DNA of 64,000 nt, taken from contig OX597822.1 in assembly GCA_951406725.2 (NCBI GenBank), positions 99,138,001 to 99,202,000 on the forward strand, read 5' to 3'. The translations under genes were made by a program, and so were the position numbers. Source of the stretch: Octopus vulgaris (taxonomy: Eukaryota). Position 1 is the first letter of the stretch. Each line of letters opens with the position of its first letter. Below, piece after piece: positions 38,826 through 51,766 of the stretch. The notes beneath the pieces were generated by a model. That model was not told the origin of the DNA and searched no databases. It saw nothing but the letters and a program-made list of their open reading frames with translations.

Positions 38826-41517
38826 CTGCAAAATAAAATAATAGAAATTAATTTCTGATTTATCTGAGAGGAAAAATATTATTATCAATGAGTGAGAAAG
38901 CAGTTTATGACATCAAAGCGACACTGGGGTATAAACATACAAAGCCCAGTATATCCATCATGACTACCTGTCTGATAAGGGTACACCAGGCACATGCCTC
39001 ACAACCATATGACCTTGCAGGTGGGGCCCAGTTAGAATTTTCTTCACAACGGGTAGCCCATCCTGCTCAAAAGGTTCAAGGATGATGAATGAAACACCCA
39101 TGTTTCCAGGGGTGAATTATTCAAACCCCAAAGAATCACTATCAACACATGGCTATGATGCTCCCACTCTACTTCTGCTTGTGATCAGAGATGCACATAT
39201 TGTCAGCCACTAAGAAACATGCTCAACCGGTTAAGGTCAAGCAGCTGACAAGCAAATCTGTGGTACTGAGCAGAATATTTGCTGTAGCCCATCTTTTATA
39301 CCAAGACAAAACATGTACATGATAACATTTCCAATCAGTTAAGATCAAATGCCATGAGAGCCACCTCGTGGTACTATTATTATTATTATTATTATATTTC
39401 CACCGAGGTTGACTTAGCCTCTCATCCATTCGGGATCGATAAATTAAGTACCAGTGAAATACTGGATTCAATGTAATTGACTAGTCTCCTCCTATCAAAA
39501 TTTCAGACCTTGTATCTTTAGTAGCAAGAATTATTATTATTATTATTATTATGTGAGGGCACATGGCTTAGTGGTTAGGGTGTTGCACTCATGATCGCAA
39601 GACCATGGTTTCAATTCCTAGAATGGATGGCGTGTTGTGTTCTTGAGCAAAACACTTCATCTCACATTGCTCTGCGATCAGTTCAACACCTGACTTGTGG
39701 TACACCATGCACCTGTTCAGACAATGTCGATTTGATGGAGTGAGTGAGCTAATGTGCAACATGAACATTTGATCACTACAACCAAATCATTTTGTACATG
39801 TCGTTCAGCAAAAGCTTATCACTCATATATCATCTTTGATGGGAGAGTCCATCATCATCATTTAGCGTCCGCTTTCCATGCTAGTATCGGTTGGACGGTT
39901 CAACTGGGGTCTGGGAAGCCAGAAGGCTGCACCAGGCCCAGTTTGATCTGGCAATGTTTCTACGGCTGGATGCCCTTCCTAACGCCAACCACTCCGTGAG
40001 TATAGTGAGTGCTTTTTATGTGCCACCGGCACGGGGACCAGGCGAGGCTGGCATATTTTTGACATGCCGATAACAACAACATTGATAACCACTACTATCA
40101 TCAATTTTAAGGTCCACTGTGCTAGCATAGGTCAGACTAGATTTGTTATGGGAAATCTTTTTTTATAACTTGATGCTCTTCCTGTCACCAACCATCATAC
40201 GTTTCCAGTAGCAACCCAGGGGGGTTGCTGCTATTTCCCTTGGGCTTGGCTTTCAAATGACAAGCAACTCAATGACTGAACCTGTTTTGGAGACAGATGT
40301 AAACAAAAACACTGTTGTTTGTTCGCATAGTGCCACGACAGCTAGACATGCCTTTTGTGGCAGACTCAAGCAATGGTATAGTGTACACAATGTGCAAACA
40401 ATGCCAGGACAATGGGAAGACACAAACACATACGCATGGAAGATGGACTTTAAATGATGATGATGATGATGATGTAGGTTTTCTCAGAAAAGTATGGCTG
40501 TAGGACTAAAGAAAGTATAGGGTTACGAGAGGACCCTCTAGTCCTGTCTCACCAAGGACAGTTAGTTCAACCTCTGTAGCATTAGTGCAATGACAAAAAT
40601 GAACCCTGTACACTCTGTAAAGTAGTTGGTATTAGGAAGGGCATCCAACCATAGAAATCAAACCAAATGTTGTGTAGGAGCACTTAAACTTAAGGAGCAA
40701 TAAGCTTCCAATAGGAGACCGACTTGAACCAAGACAAGCTATCCAACTCATGCCAGCATAGAAAGGAGATATGATGATGGTGGTGATAGTGGTAGTGGTA
40801 ATGGTAACGATGATGGTGTGATGATCATGTACTCTCTCTCTCTTTACTCTTACTTGTTTCAGTCATTTGACTGCGGCCATGCTGGAGCACCGCCTTTAGT
40901 CGAGCAAATCGACCCCGGGACTTATTCTTTGTAAGCCCAGTACTTATTCTATTGGTCTCTTTTTGCCGAACTGCTAAGTGACGGGGACGTAAACACACCA
41001 GCATCGGTTGTCAAGCAATGCTAGGGGGACAAACACACATACACAAACATATACACACACACACATACATATCGTGGCCGTTGCCAGCCTCGCCTGGCAC
41101 CTGTGCAGGTGGCACGTAAAAAGCACCCACTACACTCACGGAGTGGTTGGCGTTAGGAAGGGCATCCAGCTGTAGAAACACTGCCAGATAAGACTGGAGC
41201 CTGGTGCAGCCTTCTGGCTTTCCGGATCCCCGGTCGAACCGTCCAACCCATGCTAGCATGGAGAACGGACGTTAAACGATGATATATACATATATACGAC
41301 AGGCTTCTTTCAGTTTCCGTCTACCAAATCCACTCACAAGGCATTGGTTGGCCCGGGGCTATAGCAGAAGACACTTGCTCAAGGTGCCACACAGTCGGAC
41401 TGAACCCGGAACCATGTGGTTGGTAAGCAAGCTACTTACCACACAGCCACTCCTGTGCCTTTGATTTTTTGAAAAAATTTCTTCCACCCAAAAACACATA
41501 GTTAAAATACCACTCAC

Positions 41518-41650
41518 CTATCGCTTATTACTCGAATACGTTCGTCTGTACTAGACTGAAATTTGCTGTCTTTTTCTCTAAAGTAATCTTCAACATTCTC
41601 TTCTTCAAAGGCATGTAATTTTTCAGTATCCTCATGTGATAAGAATAGTT
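41518..41650 (-). CDS. TRPM: TRPM-like channel exon (rib helix/start of coiled coil)
   Basis: Acceptor tacag|AA and donor AG|gtgagt; 133 nt, phase 1-2. (K)LFLSHEDTEKLHAFEEENVEDYFREKDSKFQSSTDERIRVISD(R) matches the TRPM1/3/6/7 KLFL..LHxFEE..YFREK..DERIRV region. Confidence 0.95.
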
Positions 41651-43984
41651 CTGTATAATAAATACACAAAAAAGAAAAAAGTAGTAATTTTCTTTCAGGT
41701 TTAGAAACACAATATATTAAAACAAATATACACATAAAATACTTTACAATTTATTGTAATACAAAATGTTTTCTTTGAAATCTTTCTTTTAATAATTATC
41801 AATTTTTTTTAATTAGTTGATAATTTTGAGTTGGACATTTTAAAAATTTATACTTATTTTCTTTCCAAACAAACAAACCTGGATATTTATTAGAACAGTT
41901 TTATGTAATGGAGGGGGAGAGTTGAGGATGGTCAATTGATGAAGCAAGTATTTTGGAATATGGTGAAGATTTCCTAGTTTCCAATTTATCAACTGATATA
42001 TATATGTGTGTGAGTATATATATATATATATATATATATATGGTGAGACGGTGGGGAAAAAAGTAAAAAGCAAAAAAGCTTTTAATTGCCATAGATTATT
42101 CTTTGATGCTTATAAATTCTCTCTCTCTACACACACCCACACACACATATATACTAACACACACACACACGTATCTCTGTTTCATAGGCAAGCATTACAT
42201 AGTAACTCAGTGGCCGAGAGTTTCACTTGGGGTGGTTACTTTTATATAGACTAACTGAAGTGAACACACACATATACACATATTTACATATAGCTGCAAT
42301 CAACATTAAAAATAGGTAATTAAAAGTACTTTTATCTAAATTACAAAAACGTTTATATCGGTTCTCTTTTTTTTTTTACCAACAACTAATTACTTCTTCA
42401 TTATCATAATTGAGTAGTTAACTGTGAAAATTTCAAAAGAAAATATTTCAGACAATTATATCATATGTAGCAAAATATTGATTTCAAATTTTGGCACAAA
42501 GCCAGCAATTTCGGAAGAGGAGGTAAGTTGATTACATTGACTTCAGTTCTCAACAAGTGCTTATTTTATTGACCCTGGGAAGATGAAAGGCATGGATGAC
42601 CTTGGCAGAATTTCAACTAAGGACATAAAGATGGATGTAATGCAGCCAAGGCATTTTGTCAAGCATGCTTGCAACTCTGCCAGCTCGCTGCCTTCCTATA
42701 GCAAAATATCGTTAATAATATTTATTTCATTTTTTAGCATTTATCATATTGGTCTTCTAGGCCAGAGATGTTGATGCTGTGTTCTTATACAACACACGGC
42801 TGTCAAGCTCAAATACTGAATATATTTTATGATAGAATATGTATTTATTTTCATCCCTGAATGTTTTTCGTTGTACTTCTGGCTTGCCAATGCTGCCACA
42901 ATAATTTGATGCTAATCGGTTGCTCTATTTTAATAACCATTTTTTGCCAGCTGGTTGGATTGTCATGAGCCTTAGGACTCAAGGCCAGAGCGTACCAAAG
43001 TTTCCATGGCATATAAATAACTTAGATTACAACGTTCTCTCCTGAACAGGATGCTAGTCCATCACAGGGTTAACTTCCCTTCCATTGCTGGAACTCATTT
43101 GTAGTTGAGTGGGAATGAAACAATGAGGAATGGAGTGTTTTGATCAAGAACACTATGCAACAGATTAATGCCTAACCATCAGATCAATGTGAAGTAAAGT
43201 GCTTTGCCCAAGGACACAATGCATTTACTGGACTGGAAATTGAACCCATGACCTTATGATCAAGAACCCAGTTGCTCAACTGCTAGGTCACACATCTTAG
43301 ATATAATTTACTATCCCACCTTTCTTTCTCTCTCTCTAAAAAAAAAAAAACAAAACCAACAGATTTTGTAAACTTGTAAAATGACCTATCAAATGATAAT
43401 TGTAAATATAGAAAAGTATGAAAAAAAAATGGTGGGGTGGGGCTGCAGAATCACAAAGTACTATTAAAGCATTTGTATGTGCTTTTATTATTTAAATACC
43501 AAATGAAATTACAAGTCCAAAGAGAAAAGAGTTATTCTCCATGTACTTTTGTTTGTTTGTTTGTAAACATAACTGTATTGAAACGGTGCAACTATTGGAA
43601 GGTTGTACAAAATATGAGAAATGTTATTAAAACAATAATAAATTTCTTATACTTTGTATTACTTGAGTTTAATGTCTATAAAATAGATTTCTTCATTTTA
43701 TTTAAAGGTGAATTTCTAAGGAAAAAAAAAAGAAAAAGAACATCACAAAACACTTTTGGTGAAAGATTATTAAACTATATATAAATTGGTTAGTAAATAT
43801 TATTATCAAATTGTGCCAGCAATGACCAAAAAATTATGTTTCTGCTTTTGTCTACCTCCAAATACTAAAATGAAAATCTTTTCATAACAATGTGACTAAA
43901 CTCATATCATTATACCAAGCAATATTTTCTGTATACAACTATTTTAAAGATAGTTAAAAGGGTAGCAAGGATAGAGTAAGATAA

Positions 43985-44501
43985 TCTATATATATAAAAC
44001 TGTAGTTGTGTGAGTGTCTGTCTCCTACGATTTAGATTCCTAACTCCTCCCACATTTTGCGGTGCAGTTTAACCAAATTCGGGTATCTTATAGTCGTGAT
44101 TAATATCAAGCCCGTCTGGCTATTAGCGCGCGTCTACGATGAGTCTACGATTTTAAAAATAATTTAACATCATTTTTTTATTCCATTTTAATGCATAATT
44201 TTTCGTGTGTCGATGGCGGCGGAGTTGGCGTCCACGCTCAAACACCTGCACCTGTGTTTGCTTCTCCCCCTTCTTCCCTCCCTCGTGAAGCTGTGGGGAA
44301 GGGAGTTTAAGGAAATCAACGTCGTAAGCGTTGTCAAGGAGACCAGCGTTCTTTTAGAACGACGACTTCATGGCTTGAAGACACCAAAACAGAAATGGCT
44401 AAGAAAGCCCGAATTGGCATCTATAAAGGAAGTAACTCTCTAAAAATGCTTATATAGTTATTTCCCTTACAAACCCAAGCAACGCCGGGCGATACTGCTA
44501 G
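43985..44501 (+). mobile_element. Non-autonomous Helitron
   Basis: A|TC 5' end; 3' hairpin CCC..GCAACGC.GGG then CTAG|T. Confidence 0.85.
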
Positions 44502-47278
44502 TTCTTTATAAAGCAAGTTAGTTGTTAGATTTGCAATGGGCCCTAGGACACGAGGCCGGAGATTAACTCAGTTTTGATGGTGTATAAGTGACTGAGATTA
44601 TAACAACAGTATTCCTGAACAGGATAGTGGTTTGTCACAGGGTTAGCTTCCCAGCTGTTGTTGGAACTCATCTACAGCTAAGATAACTGAAGTAACATGA
44701 AATGAAGTGTTTTGCTCAATAATATAACACATCACTCAGTTTGGGAATCAAAACCATGATCTTATGATCTTGAATGCAATACCTTCAATTAACTGGGACC
44801 CTGTTATGGCAACATGGATTCCAGTTGTTCTGCTCAATGGAACAGCCTGCTTTTTTTTTTTTTCTTTCTTTTACTTGTTTCAGTCATTTAACTGTGGCCA
44901 TGCTGGAGCACCGCCTTTAGTCGAACATATCGACCCCAGGACTTATTCCTTTTAAGCCTAGTACTTAATCTATCGGTCTCTTTTTGCCGAACCGCTAAGT
45001 TACGGGGACGTAAACACACCAGTATTGGTTGTCAAGTGATGTTGGGAGGACAAACATATACATATGTATACATATATATGACGGGCTTCTTTCAGTTTCC
45101 GTCTACCAAATCCACTCACAAGGCTTTGGTCGGCCCTAGACTATATAGTAGAAGACATTTGCCCAAGGTGCCACGCAGTGGGACTGAACCCGGAACCATG
45201 TGGTTGGTAAGCAAGCTACTTACCACACAGCCACTCCTGTGCCTATATTTAGTAAACATGTTAGTGACTGAGCACTCTACAGATACGCATGCTTTTATCA
45301 TAGTTCTTGGAAAACCAGTGTGGCACAGAATGTGGCAAGGTTGGCCCTTTGAAATACAGGTACTACTCATTTTTGCAAGCTGAATGGACTGGAGCAACAA
45401 GAAATAAAGTGTTTTGCTCAAGGATACAATGCACCAGTAGGAATCGAACTCATGGCTTTATGACAATGAGCTGAATACCCTAACCACTAAGCTATGTGCC
45501 TTCACAGTGCAATACCTTAAACATGAGACTATGCATCTTCACCTGTTACTTGTAACAAAAGAAAAAAAAAGGAAAATGGGAAAAGAAAAGATTACGTGGA
45601 CAAAAAATTAACTGAAATCTGAGCAAAATAAGCAAATATAAGCTAAAAGTAAACAATATTGAATGCACATTTGAAATTCTAAGAGAATAATTAGTTTGGT
45701 ACATTTCCCTTAAGCTAAAAATGATATAATTCTTAAACACTTGTTCAAGAGTATACTAAGAATAGCCATGCGATATCTAATTCCAAAACATAACAATCAC
45801 ACTGCAGTTATTTATTCTTGACGACAGCAAATCATTTGAAAGCATTTATTTTCCTCTTAACTAAAATGGTTTTAAGCAAAGAAACATTTCCATGATGACA
45901 CACATTAAATTTTGGTGAAGAACTACTGGCATTAACAGAGCAAATGGATTGTCTTCTAATGCTATCAGCTCAGCTGTGAACATAAAGTGCTCCCTATTTT
46001 CAATAAACCTGACCAAGGTTAAGGTAGTGAAAGGTGACTTAATGGAAAGACATTTGCTGTAAAGTTGATTAAATTATTGGTAATGTACAGCTGTGTGGTT
46101 AGGAAGTTTGCTTCCTAACTACATGGCTTTGGGTTCAGTCCCACTGCATGGCACCATGAGCAAGTGTCTTCTACTATAATCCCAGCCTAACCAAAGTCTT
46201 GTGAGTGAATTTGGTAAATGGAAACTGAAATCAATTCATCTTGTATATAAGTATGTAAATGTGTGTGTATGTAAGTGTATAACACACACACACATACTTG
46301 ATGAGCTTCTTTGTGTATGTTTGTGTGTGTGTCTCTCTCTCTCTCTCTCTTGGCATCATGTGATAATTGTAAATGATTGTCACTGTTATATAAGCAGTGT
46401 CATTCATTTTCAATATTCTGCAAAGAGATTCTTGGCCATAGAAAATTTACCACATGGAAAAGTGGATGTTAAAGCATTACTGATGTATAAAAGGGCCAAA
46501 ATAGATTTTCTTTTTCTTTGTACAGAAAAAAATATTTTTATGACATAGTGGTGAACTGGCACAATCATTAAAGCATCAAACAGACTGCTTCATGGCAGTT
46601 GTTCCAACTCACTGTACTCTGAGTTCAAATTCAACCGAGGTTCACGTTGCCATTTATCCTTTCAGGGCAGATGAAAAAACAAAGTATTAATCTAAGATGG
46701 TTTATTATACATTAACCACCTTCACTGTGGAAAGTTATCATAAGAATCAAAATATATTTTAGCAATGGAACTAAAACTAAGTAAATATGATTATATTCTG
46801 CTGTTATATATTCTTCAAGTTATTCCAGCAACTGTGCAAAAACAAAAAAAATGTTCCTGCTTTTGTCCAGCTCCAAACACTAAACTGAAAACTCTTATTT
46901 GACATCATAGCAAAACTCTGTCTCATCATTTTACAGATAATCACAAATTAAGAATCTATAAGATTAATTGATAATTTTTAATGGAAAAACTGAATATGAT
47001 TGATATTTAACCCTTTAATATTCAACCCAGCCATATCCAGCCTCTCACAGCTACCCTCAATATCTTTCTAAAAATAAACAATCACATCATTGAAAAATCG
47101 AAGTTATAAGACAATGCATGATTAATTCAAAACAATGAGAAATACTAAGCATAATATTTGATAGAGTAATCCGAATGCAATAAGGCAAAACTATTAATGA
47201 GTAAGGTTCAATGAGAGAAACAGAAACATAAGCATAGCTTATTTGAAAGGTTTGATATAGTTTGGTAATTATACTTAC

Positions 47279-47469
47279 TTAGGCCATTATCAAAATAATC
47301 TCGTTTTCCCTGACACCTTCGTTTGATAAACTTTAAAGTAAGGAATAAATGGCTGAGTAGGATGAGAGGTGGAGGTAAAAGGGGTCGTAGCTCATATACA
47401 ATAATGAGCTGATATCGTTGGAATTTCCAAATTTCTCTGGAATTAGCATTATTGCGAATGAATGTTGCA
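47279..47469 (-). CDS. TRPM: TRPM-like channel exon (TRP helix/TRP box)
   Basis: Acceptor ttttcag|T and donor A|gtaagt; 191 nt, phase 2-1. ATFIRNNANSREIWKFQRYQLIIVYELRPLLPPPLILLSHLFLTLKFIKRRCQGKRDYFDNGL contains the TRP box WKFQR and LPPP. Confidence 0.95.
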
Positions 47470-48347
47470 CTGAAAAATTGAAAAAAGAAAAAAAGAAATT
47501 CTGTTAAATATGATTTTTTTTTTTTTCAAATTGTAAAAAGCAATAATTCAGAAAATTAACAAATGAACAATTTTAATTAACCCTTTTGATACCAATCTGT
47601 CTGAGACGGCCCCTACTTCCCTTTTTAAAGTGATCTAAATAAGTGGTTCTCAACTGGAGTATATATAAGATCTTTGAGGTCCACATGACAAATTGTATTT
47701 TAAGGGCCCCTAAGAAAATTTTGCTTTGGATGTATATATTAGTATGTACTGCAAGAAACAGCTTAGATTTTCTTCTCATTGTTCAACCTGCACAAGGCAA
47801 TGTGTGAAAAACAAAATAGGAATTTTGAAAGAAGTATCTTTGAACATTGAATGGCTGTGGGGGTCCACCAGAAAAAAATAGCAATCAAAGGAGTCCAAAG
47901 GTAAAAAGTGGTCGAGAACCCCAGATCTAAATTAAAAACCTTGTAACAAAATTTCATGTTTATGTTCAGAACACTAATTTAATAGGGACAAAGTTATTTT
48001 ACTAAACTCTTCATATTTTCGAAATTTATTGAAATATAGGACAATATATTTCAATTGAAATTTTGGTAACAAAAGAATTAAAACATGTTTTAAGTGTGGC
48101 TATAACACTGAAATCAGAAATATGGAATATAGAAATATACAAGTTAAAGGATAAATAAAACTCAATAGAAGATCATTTATATAGATCTACTTTAATGAGC
48201 TGCAATGAAAGAAATGTGTGTGCGAAAGAGAAATTTTTAATTGATAGTAAAGAAACAATTCCTCAACTGACAGATGCAAGAAAAAAATTTACCATTTGCA
48301 AACTACAATTGGATTGAGTGATAAAGAATTCATAAAATTATTTTTAA

Positions 48348-48567
48348 CCTTTTTGTTACCAACCCGGCTGAAACAGGCTCTGGCGCTGAGTACAAATGTC
48401 TTGTTTTCAAAAGTTTTGAATTAAAATCTTTCATCAAACCTTAGTCACAATTTATGTTCCTAATACTAGCTGAATGGTAACCAAGTCATTTTACGAAATT
48501 CTTTGTTATATTTATAGTAATTGAAAGAAGCACAAAGCATCTTAAAATAAATACAGTAACAAAAGGG
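48348..48567. mobile_element. piggyBac-type MITE; related copies 63288-63502, 63547-63754, 47581-48078, 61846-61989, and a second family at 50348-50568 and 47011-47180
   Basis: TTAA|CC(C)TTT..TTAC ... GTAAC.AAAGGG|TTAA termini. Confidence 0.85.
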
Positions 48568-49345
48568 TTAAACAGAAATGCAAGAACATAAAAACAGAAA
48601 TTTAGAGGAGATTTTTTACCAGAAGGCAAATTTGCAAAATTTCTAAAGCCAAGATAAATATATTTTTTTTTCTTTTGAATGAGAAGAATATATTTTTATC
48701 ATATAGTAGTGAATTAGCACAATCATTAGCGCATTGAACAGAGTGCTTCATGGCAGTTGTTCCAACTCTCAGTACTCTGAGTTCAAATTCAACTGCGGTC
48801 AACTCTGCTTTTATCCTTTCTGGGCAGATGAAGAATGAAGTATCAATCTAAGATGGTGGAGTAGTGGAACTGTAAGAATATCAGACCAGATACTTTGTAT
48901 TTGTCCTGGCTCCTTGCATTCTGAGTTCTACCCAATTAAACACCACCACCTAGCAGCTTGTGTGCCTTTAACAGATACCATTTTGTTGCAAGCATGCAGA
49001 CCAGGTTCCTGGTTTGAGGATACCCCGTCCCTCCCACAAGTCTTGGAGGCCCAATAAACAATCAATAGCAACCACAACAACCAGAATTAGAAATTCCATG
49101 TAATGATTTGATTCTAAGTGGTAGAATAACTTCAACTGAAAATGGTTCCATGAAAAAAAAAACACCGTTTCATTGGGACCATCAATTCTGGTAATTTCCT
49201 TCTTTACTAAACTGACTTCTTTATCAATTAAAAAGATCTTGCACAAATCGTGCAGTAATAGGTTAAAACCAATTTTCACTCTAGAGTTTGAAGATTGTGT
49301 AGTTTATAACAGATATGTTATCATAAGGAATTAAAATAAACTTAC

Positions 49346-49463
49346 TTGAATCTTGCAATAAGTAGGTTAACTAACAAAATGTTAGCTACGAGCAAATATA
49401 CACACATGAGAGCAGGAGCAACCCAGGCACCATAGGAGCATTCCATATCAGGATTGGTACAAG
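49346..49463 (-). CDS. TRPM: TRPM-like channel exon (outer pore loop and S6)
   Basis: Acceptor tttgcag|CT and donor AA|gtaagt; 118 nt, phase 1-2. In a frame not shown by the ORF track it reads (P)[38 protein letters not shown](N). Confidence 0.93.
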
Positions 49464-49638
49464 CTGCAAAAAAAAGAACAAATGAAACTTATGGATATAT
49501 AAAAATAGAATATATATATATATATTATAGTGGAGAGCAAAGGTTGTGATATTCTTCAAGAAAAATTCAATATGACTTCTGGCTATCAAGTACAGCTTTT
49601 GAATATTCAAGCTAGCAACTTTCTTTTATATCATTCAA

Positions 49639-49985
49639 CTAGCAGTATCGCCCGGCGTTGCTCGAGAGAGTTATAGCCAAAAAATAGCAAAAAGATGGAA
49701 AAAAATGATGGTAAATTTTTTTTTTAGTTAAAAAAGGTGGAGTTGCGTCCCTTAGACAGTTTGCGGTTTGTGTTTCTGATTCTCGACCCCATGTCGAATT
49801 TATCGATTTTTTCAGAACTGGGGGAACTTTTCAAAATTTTCGCTACGTTAGTTTTGAATTATGACATTGGGCTATGTGTGTGTCAAGTTTCATCAGAATC
49901 GGTTGAAAGCCGTGGTCAGGGTGAGGGTACAAGAAAACAGACACACAGAAACATGCACAGACAAACTGCCGTTTATATATAGAGA
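49639..49985 (-). mobile_element. Non-autonomous Helitron with the same 3' end but a different 5' half
   Basis: The + strand CTAGCAGTATCGCCCGGCGTTGCTCG is the reverse complement of the shared 3' terminus; minus-strand 5' end TCTCTATATATAAAC. Confidence 0.8.
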
Positions 49986-50079
49986 GAAGAGAAGAGAAGA
50001 GATGATTTCTTTCTAAGACAGTTCTTCCACAGAATTCTTAAACATTTATCAATTGAAATAACAACTGGCAGAACGATAT

Positions 50080-51357
50080 GCAGACATTATGAACAAAGAA
50101 CTGAAAAGCAACCTGTGGTTGGTGACATGACAGCCTAGACCTATAGAACGATACCATAACACAAGACATGACACTACTTCGTGAGAATGTACTCACAACA
50201 TCATATTCTTCGTAATGTGCATTTTGATGACATACATCAGTGATCTATGTTGGACAAATCACATCTCTAAGACTGTCAAGAAGGCCGAGGGTGTCTTAGC
50301 ATCACCCAGTAAAACCTTTGTCAGCTGCTCTCCAGCTATCTATTTAACCCTTTAGTGTTTGCATTATTCTGCCAAAATGAATCCTTTTTCATCCAAATTG
50401 TTTTGAACTAATCATGCATTATCTTGTAGCTATGAGATTCTGATGAGGTAGCTGTTAATTTTTAAAACAATATTGAAGGGCTGGTGTGAGAGACCAGATC
50501 TGGCCAGTTTGAACATAAAACAGGCAGAATACTTTTGGCCGGATATGGCCGGTTTAAATGCTAAAGGGTTAAAGTTGTACATGACTATGGTATGTCCACA
50601 CAGAATTTGCATCACCGTCAAATATCTATCATACTTTGAATGTCTTGCTTTCCTGGGCAAGGACACATTAAAGCTCTGATCTCTGGCAACTGAGCTTGTA
50701 AGTGTGGTGTGACGGAATGGAGGGGAGCGGAAGTGGGGCTTGCAGGTCTTGCAGGGCGCATGCGCCGGCGGAAGCGGAAGTGATAGACAGAATGCACGTG
50801 CGGCATCGACGAGTTGCGACAGACCCCAGCAAGGCACGAAGATGACAAGACGTGAGCAAGTTGGCTGAAGGCCATCCGACTTCATCCCCGGTCAGGTAAG
50901 ACCTAATTGCACTTCTATTTCCTTTTCCTGTTGTGCTCCTTTCATCATCCCTACTACAGTAAGCACCCACAAGATTATCCATCATCTTTCCAACAACAAC
51001 CACAGGCACCTTTTTGAATTCCATACATCTAATATTCATGGACATGCTTACAAATTCAAAAAACAACACAACACCCATGACGTTTGGAAACATTTTTTTA
51101 TGCTCAGAATTACTGAAGCATGGAATAAACTAACTGCATCAGTTAACTGTTGAGACATTATATTCTTCAAAACTTTCATGCTTCCTGAAATTCACCAACA
51201 GTACACCTGATACCCCACACCTCTATTTCTTCTTCCTTTTTTGTTTAAGACTTTTGTTCACTTCCTGTGCATATTCTATGAACTGTTCATGCAGTTTTGG
51301 TTACTTTTTCTAATGAGTTGTAGTGCACCCGAGCACTGTATACAATAAGTTCATTAT
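50080..51357 (+). mobile_element. Degenerate CR1/L2-type LINE 3' end, interrupted by a piggyBac MITE and an LTR-like insert
   Basis: Remnant translation HGHAYKFKKQHNTHDVWKHFFMLRITEAWNKL resembles the CR1 RT C-terminal RGHxxKL..R.FF..R.V..WNxL motif. Confidence 0.7.
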
Positions 51358-51364
51358 ATATATA

Positions 51365-51766
51365 TCTTTATATATAAAAGAGAGGTTGTGTGTCTGTCTC
51401 CTACGATTTAGATTCCTAACTACTCCCACATTTTGCGGTGCAGTTTAACCAAAACCGGGTATCTTATAGTCGTGATTCATATCGAGCCCTTCTGGGTATT
51501 AGCGCGCGTCTACGATGAGTCTACGATTTAAAAAAAAAATTTACCATCATTTTTTCCCATTTTAATGCATTTTTTTCGCTATTATATAAGGGAAGTAACT
51601 CTCTAAAAATGTCTACGATGAGTCAACGATTTAAAAAAAAATTTACCATAATTTTTTTTTTCATTTTTAATGCATTTTTTTGCTATTTTTTTGGCTATAA
51701 CTCTCTAAAAATGCTTATATAGTTATTTCCCTTACAAACCCGAGCAATGCCGGGCGATACTGCTAG
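51365..51766 (+). mobile_element. Non-autonomous Helitron, same family as 43985-44501
   Basis: A|TC...CCCGAGCAATGCCGGGCGATACTGCTAG|T; near-identical 5' region. Confidence 0.85.
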
